Notes: generated by a model not told the origin, from the sequence alone. A stretch of 32,993 nt of DNA from Cytophagaceae bacterium (GCA_043777715.1 JAYWHL010000080.1:1-32993), one strand, 5' to 3'; shown: positions 1 through 9,040, numbered from the stretch's first letter. Program-made: numbers and translations.

Positions 1-136
1 TCCATATTTTATACTTTTTTAGTTTACAAAGCTAATCAAATTTATGTCAATATTACAAAAAAATCTCTTTTGACTAACTTCAAAATAACTCATAATATAC
101 TAATTACTAGTACATTATGAATTATTTTTTCTACTT

Positions 137-1915
137 TTACTCATACATACTTCCAATCAACTTTTCATATTTTGCACCAATTGCTTTTCTTTTTAGCTTC
201 AATGTTGGAGTTAGTTCGCCTCCTTCAATTGTCATTAGTTGAGGTAATAATCTTATCTTTTTTACCTGTTCGTATTGGGCAATGTTTTTGTTAATTATTT
301 TTACCTCCTCTTCAATTTTGTCAATTACTTTTTTGTTCATTATCATCTCGGCATCAGTTGTATAATTGATTTCATTTTCTTCACAGAATGCTCTCACTGC
401 TTCAAAATTAAGTGCAACTATTGCCGACGGAAACTTTTGGCCTTCTCCCACCACAACGGCTTGTTCAATAAACAATGACTCTTTTAGTTTATTTTCTATG
501 CCTTGTGGAGCTACGTATTTACCTCCCGATGTTTTGAAAATTTCTTTCTTTCTGTCGGTTATTTTTAAATATTTGCCGTCTCTAAATTCCCCAATGTCTC
601 CCGTATGAAACCAACCGTCTTTGTCTATTACCTCGGCTGTAAGGTCTGGGCGGTTGTAGTAGCCTTTCATTATGTTTGGTCCCTTGGCTAGGATTTCTCC
701 ATCTTCTGCTATTTTTATTTCTACACTTGGAATAACCACCCCAACCGTTCCTATTTGTAAATTGATGGGGTCCACACAACTTGTTGTTAGCACAGGCGAG
801 GTTTCTGTAAGGCCATATCCTTCTGAAATTGGAATACCCGCTGCCCAAAATATGCGTAACAATCTCGGTTGTAAAGCTGCTGAACCCGAACTTATTACTT
901 TTATATTTCCCCCTAGGGCAGCTTTCCACTTAGAAAAAATGAGTTTTCTTGCTACTTTTAATTGTAAATCATACAAAAAGCCCATGTTTTGCATTGGGTC
1001 ATATTTTAGCCCTAAGTTCACAGCCCAAAAGAATATTTTTTTCTTTAAACCCTTCTGTTCCATACCTTTAGATACAATTTTATCATATACTTTTTCTAAA
1101 AGTCTCGGCACACTCGTAAAGGTATGTGGCTTTACTTCGTTTATATTTACGATGATGGTATCCATACTTTCGGCATAATAAATGGCTACGCCTAGCCTCA
1201 TGTAGATATACAAAACCGTTCTTTCGTATATATGGCAAAGTGGTAAAAAACTCAATGCTTTTTCTCCTTCACTAACTGGTATCATGGCAATTACGTTTTC
1301 TACATTGCTCATTACATTCCCATGCGATAGCATTACGCCTTTTGGGTTTCCTGTTGTTCCTGATGTATAAATTAATGTTAATAAATCGTCTGTACTTACT
1401 GCTTCTTTTAGTTTATCAAGGTCTGTTTGTTTTCCTTCGCTTCCGAGTTTTTTTACTTCATTCCAATTTCTTGCATTTTCTACTTCATCAAACGTAAAAA
1501 CTGCTTCAATTCCCTCAATATCTTTTATGGCTAAGTTTACTTTTTTGTATAAATCTTCGTTGGCCACAAAGATTATTTTTACGCCAGCATCTTTAAAGAT
1601 AAACTTATAGTCTTCAATGGTTATGGTGGGGTACATCGGTACCAATACGCCTCCAATTTGTTGTACGCCAAGGTCGATAAAGTTCCATTCTGGCCTATTG
1701 GGAGATATTACCGCCACTTTGTCGTTTTTGTTGATTCCTAGTTTTACGAGGCCATGGCTAATTGCATTGGCATTTTCTTGAAATGCTTTTGCTGAATATT
1801 TTATATACTCGCCATTTACTTTATTGGCCAAAACATCAGGTAAATCATATTTTGCTACATAATTGTCCATGAGGTCGAAGACCCTTCCATAATTTTTTTC
1901 TGCTCTGTTCTCCAT
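137..1915 (-). CDS. AMP-dependent synthetase/ligase, long-chain fatty-acid--CoA ligase-like
   Basis: 592-aa ORF. It carries the adenylate-forming (ANL) motifs YTSGTTGNPKGVMLSHGN, GYGLTETS and GWFHTGDIG...ITDRKKE. Confidence 0.9.
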   Translation of the reverse strand: MENRAEKNYGRVFDLMDNYVAKYDLPDVLANKVNGEYIKYSAKAFQENANAISHGLVKLGINKNDKVAVISPNRPEWNFIDLGVQQIGGVLVPMYPTITIEDYKFIFKDAGVKIIFVANEDLYKKVNLAIKDIEGIEAVFTFDEVENARNWNEVKKLGSEGKQTDLDKLKEAVSTDDLLTLIYTSGTTGNPKGVMLSHGNVMSNVENVIAMIPVSEGEKALSFLPLCHIYERTVLYIYMRLGVAIYYAESMDTIIVNINEVKPHTFTSVPRLLEKVYDKIVSKGMEQKGLKKKIFFWAVNLGLKYDPMQNMGFLYDLQLKVARKLIFSKWKAALGGNIKVISSGSAALQPRLLRIFWAAGIPISEGYGLTETSPVLTTSCVDPINLQIGTVGVVIPSVEIKIAEDGEILAKGPNIMKGYYNRPDLTAEVIDKDGWFHTGDIGEFRDGKYLKITDRKKEIFKTSGGKYVAPQGIENKLKESLFIEQAVVVGEGQKFPSAIVALNFEAVRAFCEENEINYTTDAEMIMNKKVIDKIEEEVKIINKNIAQYEQVKKIRLLPQLMTIEGGELTPTLKLKRKAIGAKYEKLIGSMYE

Positions 1916-1956
1916 AATTGATTAATATTGTTTTTTCAAGTTTAAATTTCCTTTTT

Positions 1957-1964
1957 CAAATTTA
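1957..1964 (-). promoter_or_regulatory. -7 box TAAATTTG (TAnnTTTG) upstream of the acyl-CoA ligase gene
   Basis: The reverse complement of caaattta is TAAATTTG, about 42 nt upstream of the ATG at 1915. Confidence 0.35.
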
Positions 1965-1984
1965 ATCAAATCTCTTTATTCATT

Positions 1985-2752
1985 ATGATTTATAACGATA
2001 TTTCCTTGACTATTAGCGGTGGTATTGCTCGTTTGATATTAAACAGGCCATCAGTTTTGAATGCCCTTAGCCCAAATTTAATGGCTGAATGGCTTGATGC
2101 TTTGCAAAAAATAAATGTGGATAAGTCTGTTAAAGTATTGATAGTGAGGGGCGAAGGTAGGGCGTGGTCGGCTGGGGTAGATTTACAAGCCCTTAACGAA
2201 AGCATAAAAGGCGGGCAATTTGCTGCCGACCAAATTTTGCTTGATGGTTGTGAGGTTATCCGATTAATGCAAAGCCTTGATGCTGTTACTATTGCTTGTG
2301 TAAATGGATTTTGTTTTACTGGTGCTACCGAAATGATGTTGGCTTTTGATTTGATTTATGCTGCCAACGAAGCCAAAATTGGCGATACGCATGCCAAATG
2401 GGGAATTGCTCCTAAGTGGGGAATGACGCAAAGACTTCCTTTGAGAGTTGGGTTATTAAAAGCCATGGAATTATCCTTTACGTGCGTACCTGTGAGCGGG
2501 CAAGAAGCCGAGCGTATTGGTTTGGTTAATAAGTCTTTGCCCTTGGCCGATCTTGATGCTTTTGTTGATGGCGTTGCTGCCCAAATTTGTAGTAATTCCG
2601 CCCAAACGATTGCTGCCATGAAAGCTCTTTATTATCAGGGTAGTTATGGGACTTTGAGCGATGGCATAAACATTGAATATAATGCCGATATTCAGATTTC
2701 TGACCGTGCTGAATTTTTGAAAGATTTTAAAGAAAATAAGTCAAAATCTTGA
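1985..2752 (+). CDS. enoyl-CoA hydratase/isomerase (crotonase) family protein
   Basis: 255-aa ORF with a crotonase-fold signature (VRGEGRAWSAGVDL, NGFCFTGATEM). It is divergent from the acyl-CoA ligase gene. Confidence 0.85.
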   Translation: MIYNDISLTISGGIARLILNRPSVLNALSPNLMAEWLDALQKINVDKSVKVLIVRGEGRAWSAGVDLQALNESIKGGQFAADQILLDGCEVIRLMQSLDAVTIACVNGFCFTGATEMMLAFDLIYAANEAKIGDTHAKWGIAPKWGMTQRLPLRVGLLKAMELSFTCVPVSGQEAERIGLVNKSLPLADLDAFVDGVAAQICSNSAQTIAAMKALYYQGSYGTLSDGINIEYNADIQISDRAEFLKDFKENKSKS

Positions 2753-2761
2753 TTTATTTTT

Positions 2762-2795
2762 AGTTATCCACATAGACTATTTTATGTGGATAACT
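2762..2795 (+). terminator. 13-bp perfect hairpin downstream of the crotonase gene; its arms are two inverted consensus DnaA boxes
   Basis: The arms are agttatccacata (2762-2774) and tatgtggataact (2783-2795), with an 8-nt loop, followed by ttgtttatt. TTATCCACA lies at 2764-2772 and TGTGGATAA at 2785-2793. Confidence 0.5.
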
Positions 2796-2838
2796 TTGTT
2801 TATTACATTTAACTTGCTGATAATGAATTATTTATAAT

Positions 2839-3984
2839 TTATTTTTTACTTACTTTTGCATCATTTCTATAATAACTTACTTCTTGGTTTCCGTCTGCAT
2901 AAACAATTAGTCCTTTTCCGTTTCTTTTATCATCTTTAAAATCTCCTACAAAAACATCTCCATTTGCATAAAAGTAGGTTCCCCGCCCGTTCATCAGATT
3001 ATTACTGAATGTTCCTTCATATCTATTTCCATTTCTAAAATAATAGATACCTTGTCCCGCTTTCCCCCCGTTCCTGAACTGTCCTTCATATTTTATATTT
3101 CCGTCTTTATAAAATTGTTTTCCGTGGCCGTGGCGTTGGCCTTCTTTCCATGTTCCCTCATATTTTTCTCCTGCTTCATGTACGAAAATACCTAGTCCCG
3201 TTACACAATCCCCATCCAAACACCCTGTTCTTATTGTCTTAATTTCGTTATTTTCTATTTCTTGTACCAGTACAATTGTTTCGGTTTCTGCTTTTTGTTG
3301 TTTTTCAACAGCCTCAGGTCGTTGAGTTACTTCGATTTTGGCATTTTTTTCTTCCTCTACGGGCTTATCTTCCTTAAATCGTGGGTATTGTTGTTCTGCT
3401 TCTTTCCAGCCCTTTTCGATGTACTGTAACCTCAAACTCCGTGGCGGGTGGGTGCTTGTACCAACTTCGTCTTGTAGTAATCGCATCGCTATCTGAGATT
3501 GTGCCAAATCAGCACCCATTTGATGCAGCACAAAGCCCGAAAATTTGTCAGCTTCTAGTTCTTTGTCAGGGCGACTTCCTTTGCCGTCTATGGTGTGGCC
3601 TTGTAAATGATGCCCCACTTCATGTGCCAAAATGCTTATGGCTGCCCAGTCTGTTTGTGCATCGTTTTCTACTCTTCTAAAAAACGCCCTGTCATACACC
3701 ACATACCTAACTCCTGCCATGGTGGTAGCAAAGCAATTATCAATATTGGGACATTCCATTACCACAAAATTTTTGTTGAGTCCTATGGGTTTTAATATCT
3801 TTTCTACTACTGCTTCGGCGTGTTTGTTGTTGCTAATATAACCTTGCATCTGGCATATTTTCTTATGGTCGATGTTGCCACCATAATATCTACAACCAAA
3901 GGTAAAAGTCTTATCTTGTGCTTTAATTTCTTGAAAAACATTACTTAAAACTATTAAAAAGGCAATTTTGATGCTAATTTTCAT
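2839..3984 (-). CDS. secreted HExxH zinc-metallopeptidase-like domain fused to C-terminal MORN repeats
   Basis: 381-aa ORF. It has an N-terminal signal peptide (MKISIKIAFLIVLSNVFQEIKAQ) and the motif LAHEVGHHLQGH followed by ELEADKFSG. An acidic/lysine-rich linker follows, then about 5 MORN-type repeats (YEGTWKEGQRHGHG, YEGQFRNGGKAGQG, YEGTFSNNLMNGRG, FVGDFKDDKRNGKG). Confidence 0.75.
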   Translation of the reverse strand: MKISIKIAFLIVLSNVFQEIKAQDKTFTFGCRYYGGNIDHKKICQMQGYISNNKHAEAVVEKILKPIGLNKNFVVMECPNIDNCFATTMAGVRYVVYDRAFFRRVENDAQTDWAAISILAHEVGHHLQGHTIDGKGSRPDKELEADKFSGFVLHQMGADLAQSQIAMRLLQDEVGTSTHPPRSLRLQYIEKGWKEAEQQYPRFKEDKPVEEEKNAKIEVTQRPEAVEKQQKAETETIVLVQEIENNEIKTIRTGCLDGDCVTGLGIFVHEAGEKYEGTWKEGQRHGHGKQFYKDGNIKYEGQFRNGGKAGQGIYYFRNGNRYEGTFSNNLMNGRGTYFYANGDVFVGDFKDDKRNGKGLIVYADGNQEVSYYRNDAKVSKK

Positions 3985-4023
3985 GCTTTTTTGATTGATA
4001 TTTTCTATGAATTGGGTAAAAAA

Positions 4024-4046
4024 AAAGAGAGCTAGTTGCTCTCTTT
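4024..4046 (-). terminator. intrinsic terminator after the TPR gene
   Basis: Stem aaagagagc/gctctcttt with loop tagtt. On the minus strand it is followed by a run of 9 T (plus-strand A-run at 4015-4023). Confidence 0.7.
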
Positions 4047-4062
4047 AATAAAGTTTTTTTTG

Positions 4063-5877
4063 TTAATTTATTGTATCGCCCCTTAAAATTCGATACCTTT
4101 TTCTAGCTTCCGAACCATACACACTACCTGGATATTTTATCAAAATTTCTTGGTATAGCTTCATAGCTTTTGCCTTATCATTTAGTTTTTCTTCTGTGAT
4201 GCTTGCCAATAAATACCTCGCATCGTCGGCCAGTACATCGTAACCATGGTCTTTTATGATACTTTCTAAACTCTGAATCGCACTTTCTATTTTGTTTTGT
4301 TTGAGTTCTGTTTTTGCTTTTAGCCACAAAACCTCATCTGCCAAAGGGTGAGAAGGGTATTTTCTGGTCATGGTTTCAAGGTTTTTTATGGCCTCTTCTG
4401 TTCGGTTCTGAAACAAAAGTAGTTCTATGGCTGCGTATTCTTTCATGGCCTGTTCGCTCGTGTCAAGGCCAATGTTATCTTGAATCAAAAGTCCTAAATC
4501 TAGGGCATCGTTTGCTATTTCACGGGTCGTAATAATTTTCAAAACGTCTAATATATCTTTTGCTAACTCAAAATTTCCCTCAAAATACCTCAATCTAGCG
4601 TTCCTGAGCTTGGCTTCGTTACCCATAGGGCTATCTTTTTCAGATTTTTCTACCTGTGCATATAATAAAGTTGCTTCCCAAGGCTCATTTTTAAGTAGGT
4701 AAATATCTCCTAAATCCAATTTACATTTATCCTTAAATTCTCTGTCCTGTCCACTCAATTCTATGGCTAAATTTAGTACCGATGTTGCTGTATCTTTTTC
4801 GTTTAGATAAAATGCGTAGAGGTTTGCGGTGTTTCTGAGTGCCTCTAAGGTTTTCTGATTTTTACCTAATTCATCAAACATTTTTTGATATTCTTTTATC
4901 AAAATCCTAATGTCTGATGCTATAATCGGGAACGTCGATTTGATAACTTCTTCTTTGGCACTTATCAACATCGTCCTAAACATCGGGTAGTTTTGACTTT
5001 TTGGATATTCTTTTACTAAATACTCAAAAATCGTTCCTGCTGCCTTGTAATCTTTGTTTTGTTTGGCCATAAAACCCAATTCCAACACCCTCGAACCCTC
5101 ATATTTGTATCTTTTGTCCAAGGCTTTGCACTGCACAAATGCCCTTCCAAACTCTTTTAACTGCACTAAATGCCAAATCAACATTTCGTTATAATAACTC
5201 TCGTTTGGGTATTTTTGTACCTTTTCATACAGTACTTTCTCTAGGGCATTTATGTCTTTTTCGTCTTTAAAAGTATCTTGTATCAACGCCTTTACTGCCA
5301 TTCTGTTTTCATAATCTTTTCCTAAATTCAGATATTCCTCTATCATGGGTTCTATTTGCCCAAGTTTTCTATACAGTTTTGCTATTTCGCTGGCATATTT
5401 GGTTTCGTCTTTTGCGTTTATTCTCCCAATTTTTAGTGTTTTAATTCCCCATTCAAATTGCTCGTTTTCATCAAAGTCTCTGGCCAACTCTTCTATTTGT
5501 TCACCAGTTTTGGCTGTTTTATCTAGTGCTTTTTCGTACAATTCCAGAGCTTCTTTGGTTTCTCCTTTTGCTTCCAACATTCTTGCCAATTCAACCAAAT
5601 AAACGGCATTATTTTCATTGTTTTTAATTTGTTTTTTTAAGAATTTTTCCGCCTCTTCTTTTTGGTTTAGTTTTTCTAAACAGTTCAAATATTTTTTGTG
5701 AATCCCTTTGGCCTGTTCTTTATTTTTGGCCAATTTTTGATAAATACTTTTCGCCTTTTCGTATTCTCCATTTTTTAGATATTCGTTTGCTATTTCGGCC
5801 TCTTGACCAAAAACTAGATTTCCTAAAAAAAAGAATCCCATTAAAAGCGGGACTAATTTATTTTTCAATTTTTCCAT
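4063..5877 (-). CDS. TPR-repeat protein with signal peptide
   Basis: 604-aa ORF with an N-terminal hydrophobic leader. It has many 34-residue helical repeats of TPR type (e.g. ANEYLKNGEYEKAKSIYQKLAK, ARMLEAKGETKEALELYEKAL). Confidence 0.7.
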   Translation of the reverse strand: MEKLKNKLVPLLMGFFFLGNLVFGQEAEIANEYLKNGEYEKAKSIYQKLAKNKEQAKGIHKKYLNCLEKLNQKEEAEKFLKKQIKNNENNAVYLVELARMLEAKGETKEALELYEKALDKTAKTGEQIEELARDFDENEQFEWGIKTLKIGRINAKDETKYASEIAKLYRKLGQIEPMIEEYLNLGKDYENRMAVKALIQDTFKDEKDINALEKVLYEKVQKYPNESYYNEMLIWHLVQLKEFGRAFVQCKALDKRYKYEGSRVLELGFMAKQNKDYKAAGTIFEYLVKEYPKSQNYPMFRTMLISAKEEVIKSTFPIIASDIRILIKEYQKMFDELGKNQKTLEALRNTANLYAFYLNEKDTATSVLNLAIELSGQDREFKDKCKLDLGDIYLLKNEPWEATLLYAQVEKSEKDSPMGNEAKLRNARLRYFEGNFELAKDILDVLKIITTREIANDALDLGLLIQDNIGLDTSEQAMKEYAAIELLLFQNRTEEAIKNLETMTRKYPSHPLADEVLWLKAKTELKQNKIESAIQSLESIIKDHGYDVLADDARYLLASITEEKLNDKAKAMKLYQEILIKYPGSVYGSEARKRYRILRGDTIN

Positions 5878-6015
5878 AAACCAATGTATTTATAATATAA
5901 TTTTTTTAAAAATCTTTATTTGTTATTCTTTATTAGCTCTGTTAATAAGTGCAAAACTATTTATTGGCTTTTACTTGACATCATTTTTAGGCTATTTATC
6001 TACTTTAAAATTAGT

Positions 6016-6024
6016 TTATCCACA
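6016..6024 (+). promoter_or_regulatory. perfect consensus DnaA box TTATCCACA
   Basis: Exact 9/9 match read directly from the sequence. Confidence 0.6.
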
Positions 6025-6173
6025 CCTAAAAACTTCAAAATCAGACATATAATTATTTATTAACTTATACAATTTATACCTATGTGCAAAACTTTACTGT
6101 TTTTTACTACTTTTTAAAGGTTAGTTTCTTGTGTTTTTGTTGTGGTTATTTTGGGCTTTTTCCCCAGAAAAAC

Positions 6174-6182
6174 TTATCCACA
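6174..6182 (+). promoter_or_regulatory. perfect consensus DnaA box TTATCCACA
   Basis: Exact 9/9 match read directly from the sequence. Confidence 0.6.
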
Positions 6183-6499
6183 TAAGTATTAAACATATCC
6201 ACCGTGGTTTGCCTTATTTCTTTTCACATTCAAAAGGCCATTTTTCCACCTTGTTAGGTTTTTTTCCACATTGTTCTCCACTTTAAACTATAATATTTTA
6301 AATATTGAATTGACCTTTTTTTAGTTAGAAGCTGTTTTAACTTTTGGTTTTAGGTCAAAATGAATTTGTTTTTTGTCCATACGCAGATTTTTTGAGCCGA
6401 AGTGGAACGTGCGTAGCATCGCTACGGACAACAAAAAATGAAAAGTATGGGCTGAAAACAACTCCTTTTAGAGCAAAAGAAATAAGTTACAACAGCTTC

Positions 6500-8134
6500 T
6501 TAATCTATTTCAATGTCATTTCCCACCAAATCAAAGTTCGATTTCAATACGATTTCATCAGGATAAAAAACGATTCTTTCTGGTTGAATGTATTTTTCGG
6601 GAATCCCTGTATCCCATTTTTTATTGTTATTTAAATCTTCAATCACTCTTATTTGATACACGCCTGTTTTCAACCATTCAAAATTATAAACTCTAGTAAA
6701 CTGTTCTTGAATCACTTTTTTAGAATTTTTGTCGATTAACTGAACGACGACTCCTGTTTTCGGATTCTTTGTTTTAACTTCTCCAGCAATCGTGCCATAA
6801 TTTTCCACTTCTTTTAATTTATATTCTTTTTCAAATGGTTTTAACGTATCTTTTTCTATTGATTGTATTGCCCCTTTTTGTATTTCAAAAGTTATAACTC
6901 GATTAAATTTTATAGATTTCTTTATTTCCAGTTCTGTTTTATTAGGATTCCATTTATAATCTTCGGTTTTTAATTCCACTTTTCTGAGGGTGTCTTCTGT
7001 TAATTTAATTTTTGATATATCTAAGAATGCCACGGGTTTTGTGAACTTTAGTTTGTATTCAAATTCTTTTAGATATTCAAAGTCATCATCTACATTTGGG
7101 CTTACTTCAAAGGCTTCTTTTACAGCTTCTTTTTTGGTTGGTACTCTAAACTTTAATTTTTGATCATGACTAAACTTGTTTCCTAGCGAGTCTATTACTT
7201 CAATTTTAACTTTTAAGGTATCATTCGTTTTTTGAGTATTATAAAACTTGAGGGTTTTGTTTTCTGAAATGATATATGGAATGCTATCTTTTTTATTTTC
7301 AAAATCAACTTTAAAATCCATAACTCCTTTTAGGTAGTCTATATAATAATAGTTTACCGAGTTTCTAGTTTTTAGAATTTTTTGTTTGATACCATCTGCC
7401 AAAAAAATATTTATTGCTAAATCAGTTTTGTTTTCTTTCAAATCCAAAGCATCTTTTTCAAATCCAATGTTTTCGTTTTCTGGATTATATAATAAATTAC
7501 TGTTGGCATCTCCAAGAGCAATAATTTGATATTTACCTGATTTTATATTATTGAGTTGAAATTTACCAGCACTGTCTGTTTTAATAAAATAGTAAGGTTT
7601 TTCTTTCTTAATGTTCAAAGTATCAGAATATACATACAAGCCAACTAAAATATCCAGTGCCGATTTGCCAGTTTGAATATTTTTTACCTGTCCTTCAACT
7701 TTTAGTGAATCTATCATTTTACCCGTGCTAAAAACCAACCTTACGTTTTTAGCAACATTTCCTTCTGACGCATCTTTTATGGCATCTCTAAAATTTAGGG
7801 AATAGGTTACGTCATTTTTAAATTCTTTATCAAACAAAATCGTTAGGCCCTTTGGATTTATTTTTTGGGTATATAAGCCTTCAATCGCTGGCGTTATCAA
7901 TAATTTTTGGGGTAAATTATCTATGGTTACATACTCATCAAATTCTAGTTCTACTTTCTTTTCTTTGAAACTCGTTGTTTGATTTAATGGGTACGTTCTT
8001 ACCAATTTTGGTAATATTTTATCTCGTTTCCCACCCGTTGGAGCAACTGGCTGCGCACAAGCATTGATTATTAAAACTACAATTATATAAATTAAGCTAT
8101 TTTTCATGTGTTTAAATAAAAACCCTCTGGTCAA
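6500..8134 (-). CDS. Ig-like (SbsA/Big-type) domain lipoprotein
   Basis: 544-aa ORF. It has a lipobox-like leader (LIINACAQPVAPTGGKRDKILP) and a beta-rich, K/N-rich body typical of Bacteroidota Ig-like domain lipoproteins. The true start may be the MKNSLIY methionine at 8107. Confidence 0.6.
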   Translation of the reverse strand: MTRGFLFKHMKNSLIYIIVVLIINACAQPVAPTGGKRDKILPKLVRTYPLNQTTSFKEKKVELEFDEYVTIDNLPQKLLITPAIEGLYTQKINPKGLTILFDKEFKNDVTYSLNFRDAIKDASEGNVAKNVRLVFSTGKMIDSLKVEGQVKNIQTGKSALDILVGLYVYSDTLNIKKEKPYYFIKTDSAGKFQLNNIKSGKYQIIALGDANSNLLYNPENENIGFEKDALDLKENKTDLAINIFLADGIKQKILKTRNSVNYYYIDYLKGVMDFKVDFENKKDSIPYIISENKTLKFYNTQKTNDTLKVKIEVIDSLGNKFSHDQKLKFRVPTKKEAVKEAFEVSPNVDDDFEYLKEFEYKLKFTKPVAFLDISKIKLTEDTLRKVELKTEDYKWNPNKTELEIKKSIKFNRVITFEIQKGAIQSIEKDTLKPFEKEYKLKEVENYGTIAGEVKTKNPKTGVVVQLIDKNSKKVIQEQFTRVYNFEWLKTGVYQIRVIEDLNNNKKWDTGIPEKYIQPERIVFYPDEIVLKSNFDLVGNDIEID

Positions 8135-8146
8135 GAGGGTTCATTA

Positions 8147-9040
8147 TTAGATTTTATTTTTTTCAATAACGTAAATCAGGCTGGAATATTCTTTACTTTT
8201 CATCGCTTTTATATTTGAAACAAATCCAGTCCACAAAGCACTAATCGGTTTCATTTTGCCCTCTTTGTATTTAGAACTTAATAAACTTACATAAAACGAA
8301 TCAAAATACATCGGAATTAAATCTATCACTTTTAGACCTTTCTTTTCAGTTAGATTTTTTATCGAATTTTGGTCAAAATGATACAAATGTCTCGGCAAAT
8401 CATAAGCCGCCCAATGTTCCTTATATTTTAGTGCATCATACGATTTATGATTAGGAACGGCAATAACCAATCTACCATTTTCGTCAAGTTTTTCAATTAA
8501 CCAATCTACCGTCTCGTCTAGGTCGTGAATATGTTCTAGTACGTGCCAAAGTGTTATTATTGAATATTTTTTGTCATTATTTTCTTGCTCTTTTGAAATG
8601 CTAATTTTGATATTCGTTTGTTCCTCAGCAATCTTTCTTGCATTATCATTTGGCTCAATTCCTGATATTTGCCAACCATTTGCTTTACATACTTCTAAAA
8701 ATCCTCCAGTTCCACAACCATAATCTAACAGCTTTTTTTCTCCTTTTTTATACTTGTCGATTAATTTCACTTTCTGCTTCAAGGCTATGTTTCTAACCAA
8801 GTGATAAACTTTTTCGAGTATTCCGTTCTTACGATTGGTGTGTGAAATGTACGTTTCAGATTCGTAATATTTGCCTATTTCGTTTTTGTTGGGTCTTGGA
8901 TTTGTAAATAAAAACCCACAGGAATTACATTTTACAATTATAAAATTTTCTTTACTAACTGTATTGTCTTTGGCTATTATAATGTTTTTATAACCTAAAT
9001 CATTACAAATTGGACAACTTTGAATAGTTTCTGATTGCAT
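8147..9040 (-). CDS. class I SAM-dependent methyltransferase with N-terminal Cys4 zinc ribbon
   Basis: 297-aa ORF with CPICN...CNSCG cysteine pairs and SAM motif I LLDYGCGTGGF. Its start codon overlaps the mnmG stop codon by 1 nt (TAATG on the minus strand, 9038-9042). Confidence 0.8.
   Translation of the reverse strand: MQSETIQSCPICNDLGYKNIIIAKDNTVSKENFIIVKCNSCGFLFTNPRPNKNEIGKYYESETYISHTNRKNGILEKVYHLVRNIALKQKVKLIDKYKKGEKKLLDYGCGTGGFLEVCKANGWQISGIEPNDNARKIAEEQTNIKISISKEQENNDKKYSIITLWHVLEHIHDLDETVDWLIEKLDENGRLVIAVPNHKSYDALKYKEHWAAYDLPRHLYHFDQNSIKNLTEKKGLKVIDLIPMYFDSFYVSLLSSKYKEGKMKPISALWTGFVSNIKAMKSKEYSSLIYVIEKNKI

Larger units (their letters stand above)
5878..6343. other. DnaA-box cluster with AT-rich tracts; candidate oriC or DnaA-regulated region
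   Basis: No ORF of 60 aa or more falls here. Perfect TTATCCACA boxes lie at 6016-6024 and 6174-6182. Near-boxes are ATATCCACC at 6195-6203, TTTTCCACC at 6242-6250, TTTTCCACA at 6262-6270 and TTCTCCACT at 6274-6282, all on the same strand. AT-rich blocks lie at 5880-5940 and 6283-6310. Confidence 0.45.

Noticed and set aside
672-1178. 168-aa plus-strand ORF inside the acyl-CoA ligase gene
   Set aside because: It is antisense to a gene with clear ANL motifs and has no motifs of its own.
6344-6634. 96-aa plus-strand ORF at the edge of the long intergenic region
   Set aside because: It overlaps the 3' end of the convincing minus-strand Ig-like gene. Its sequence is low-complexity and phenylalanine-rich, typical of translated AT-rich non-coding or antisense DNA. 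I recognised no motif.
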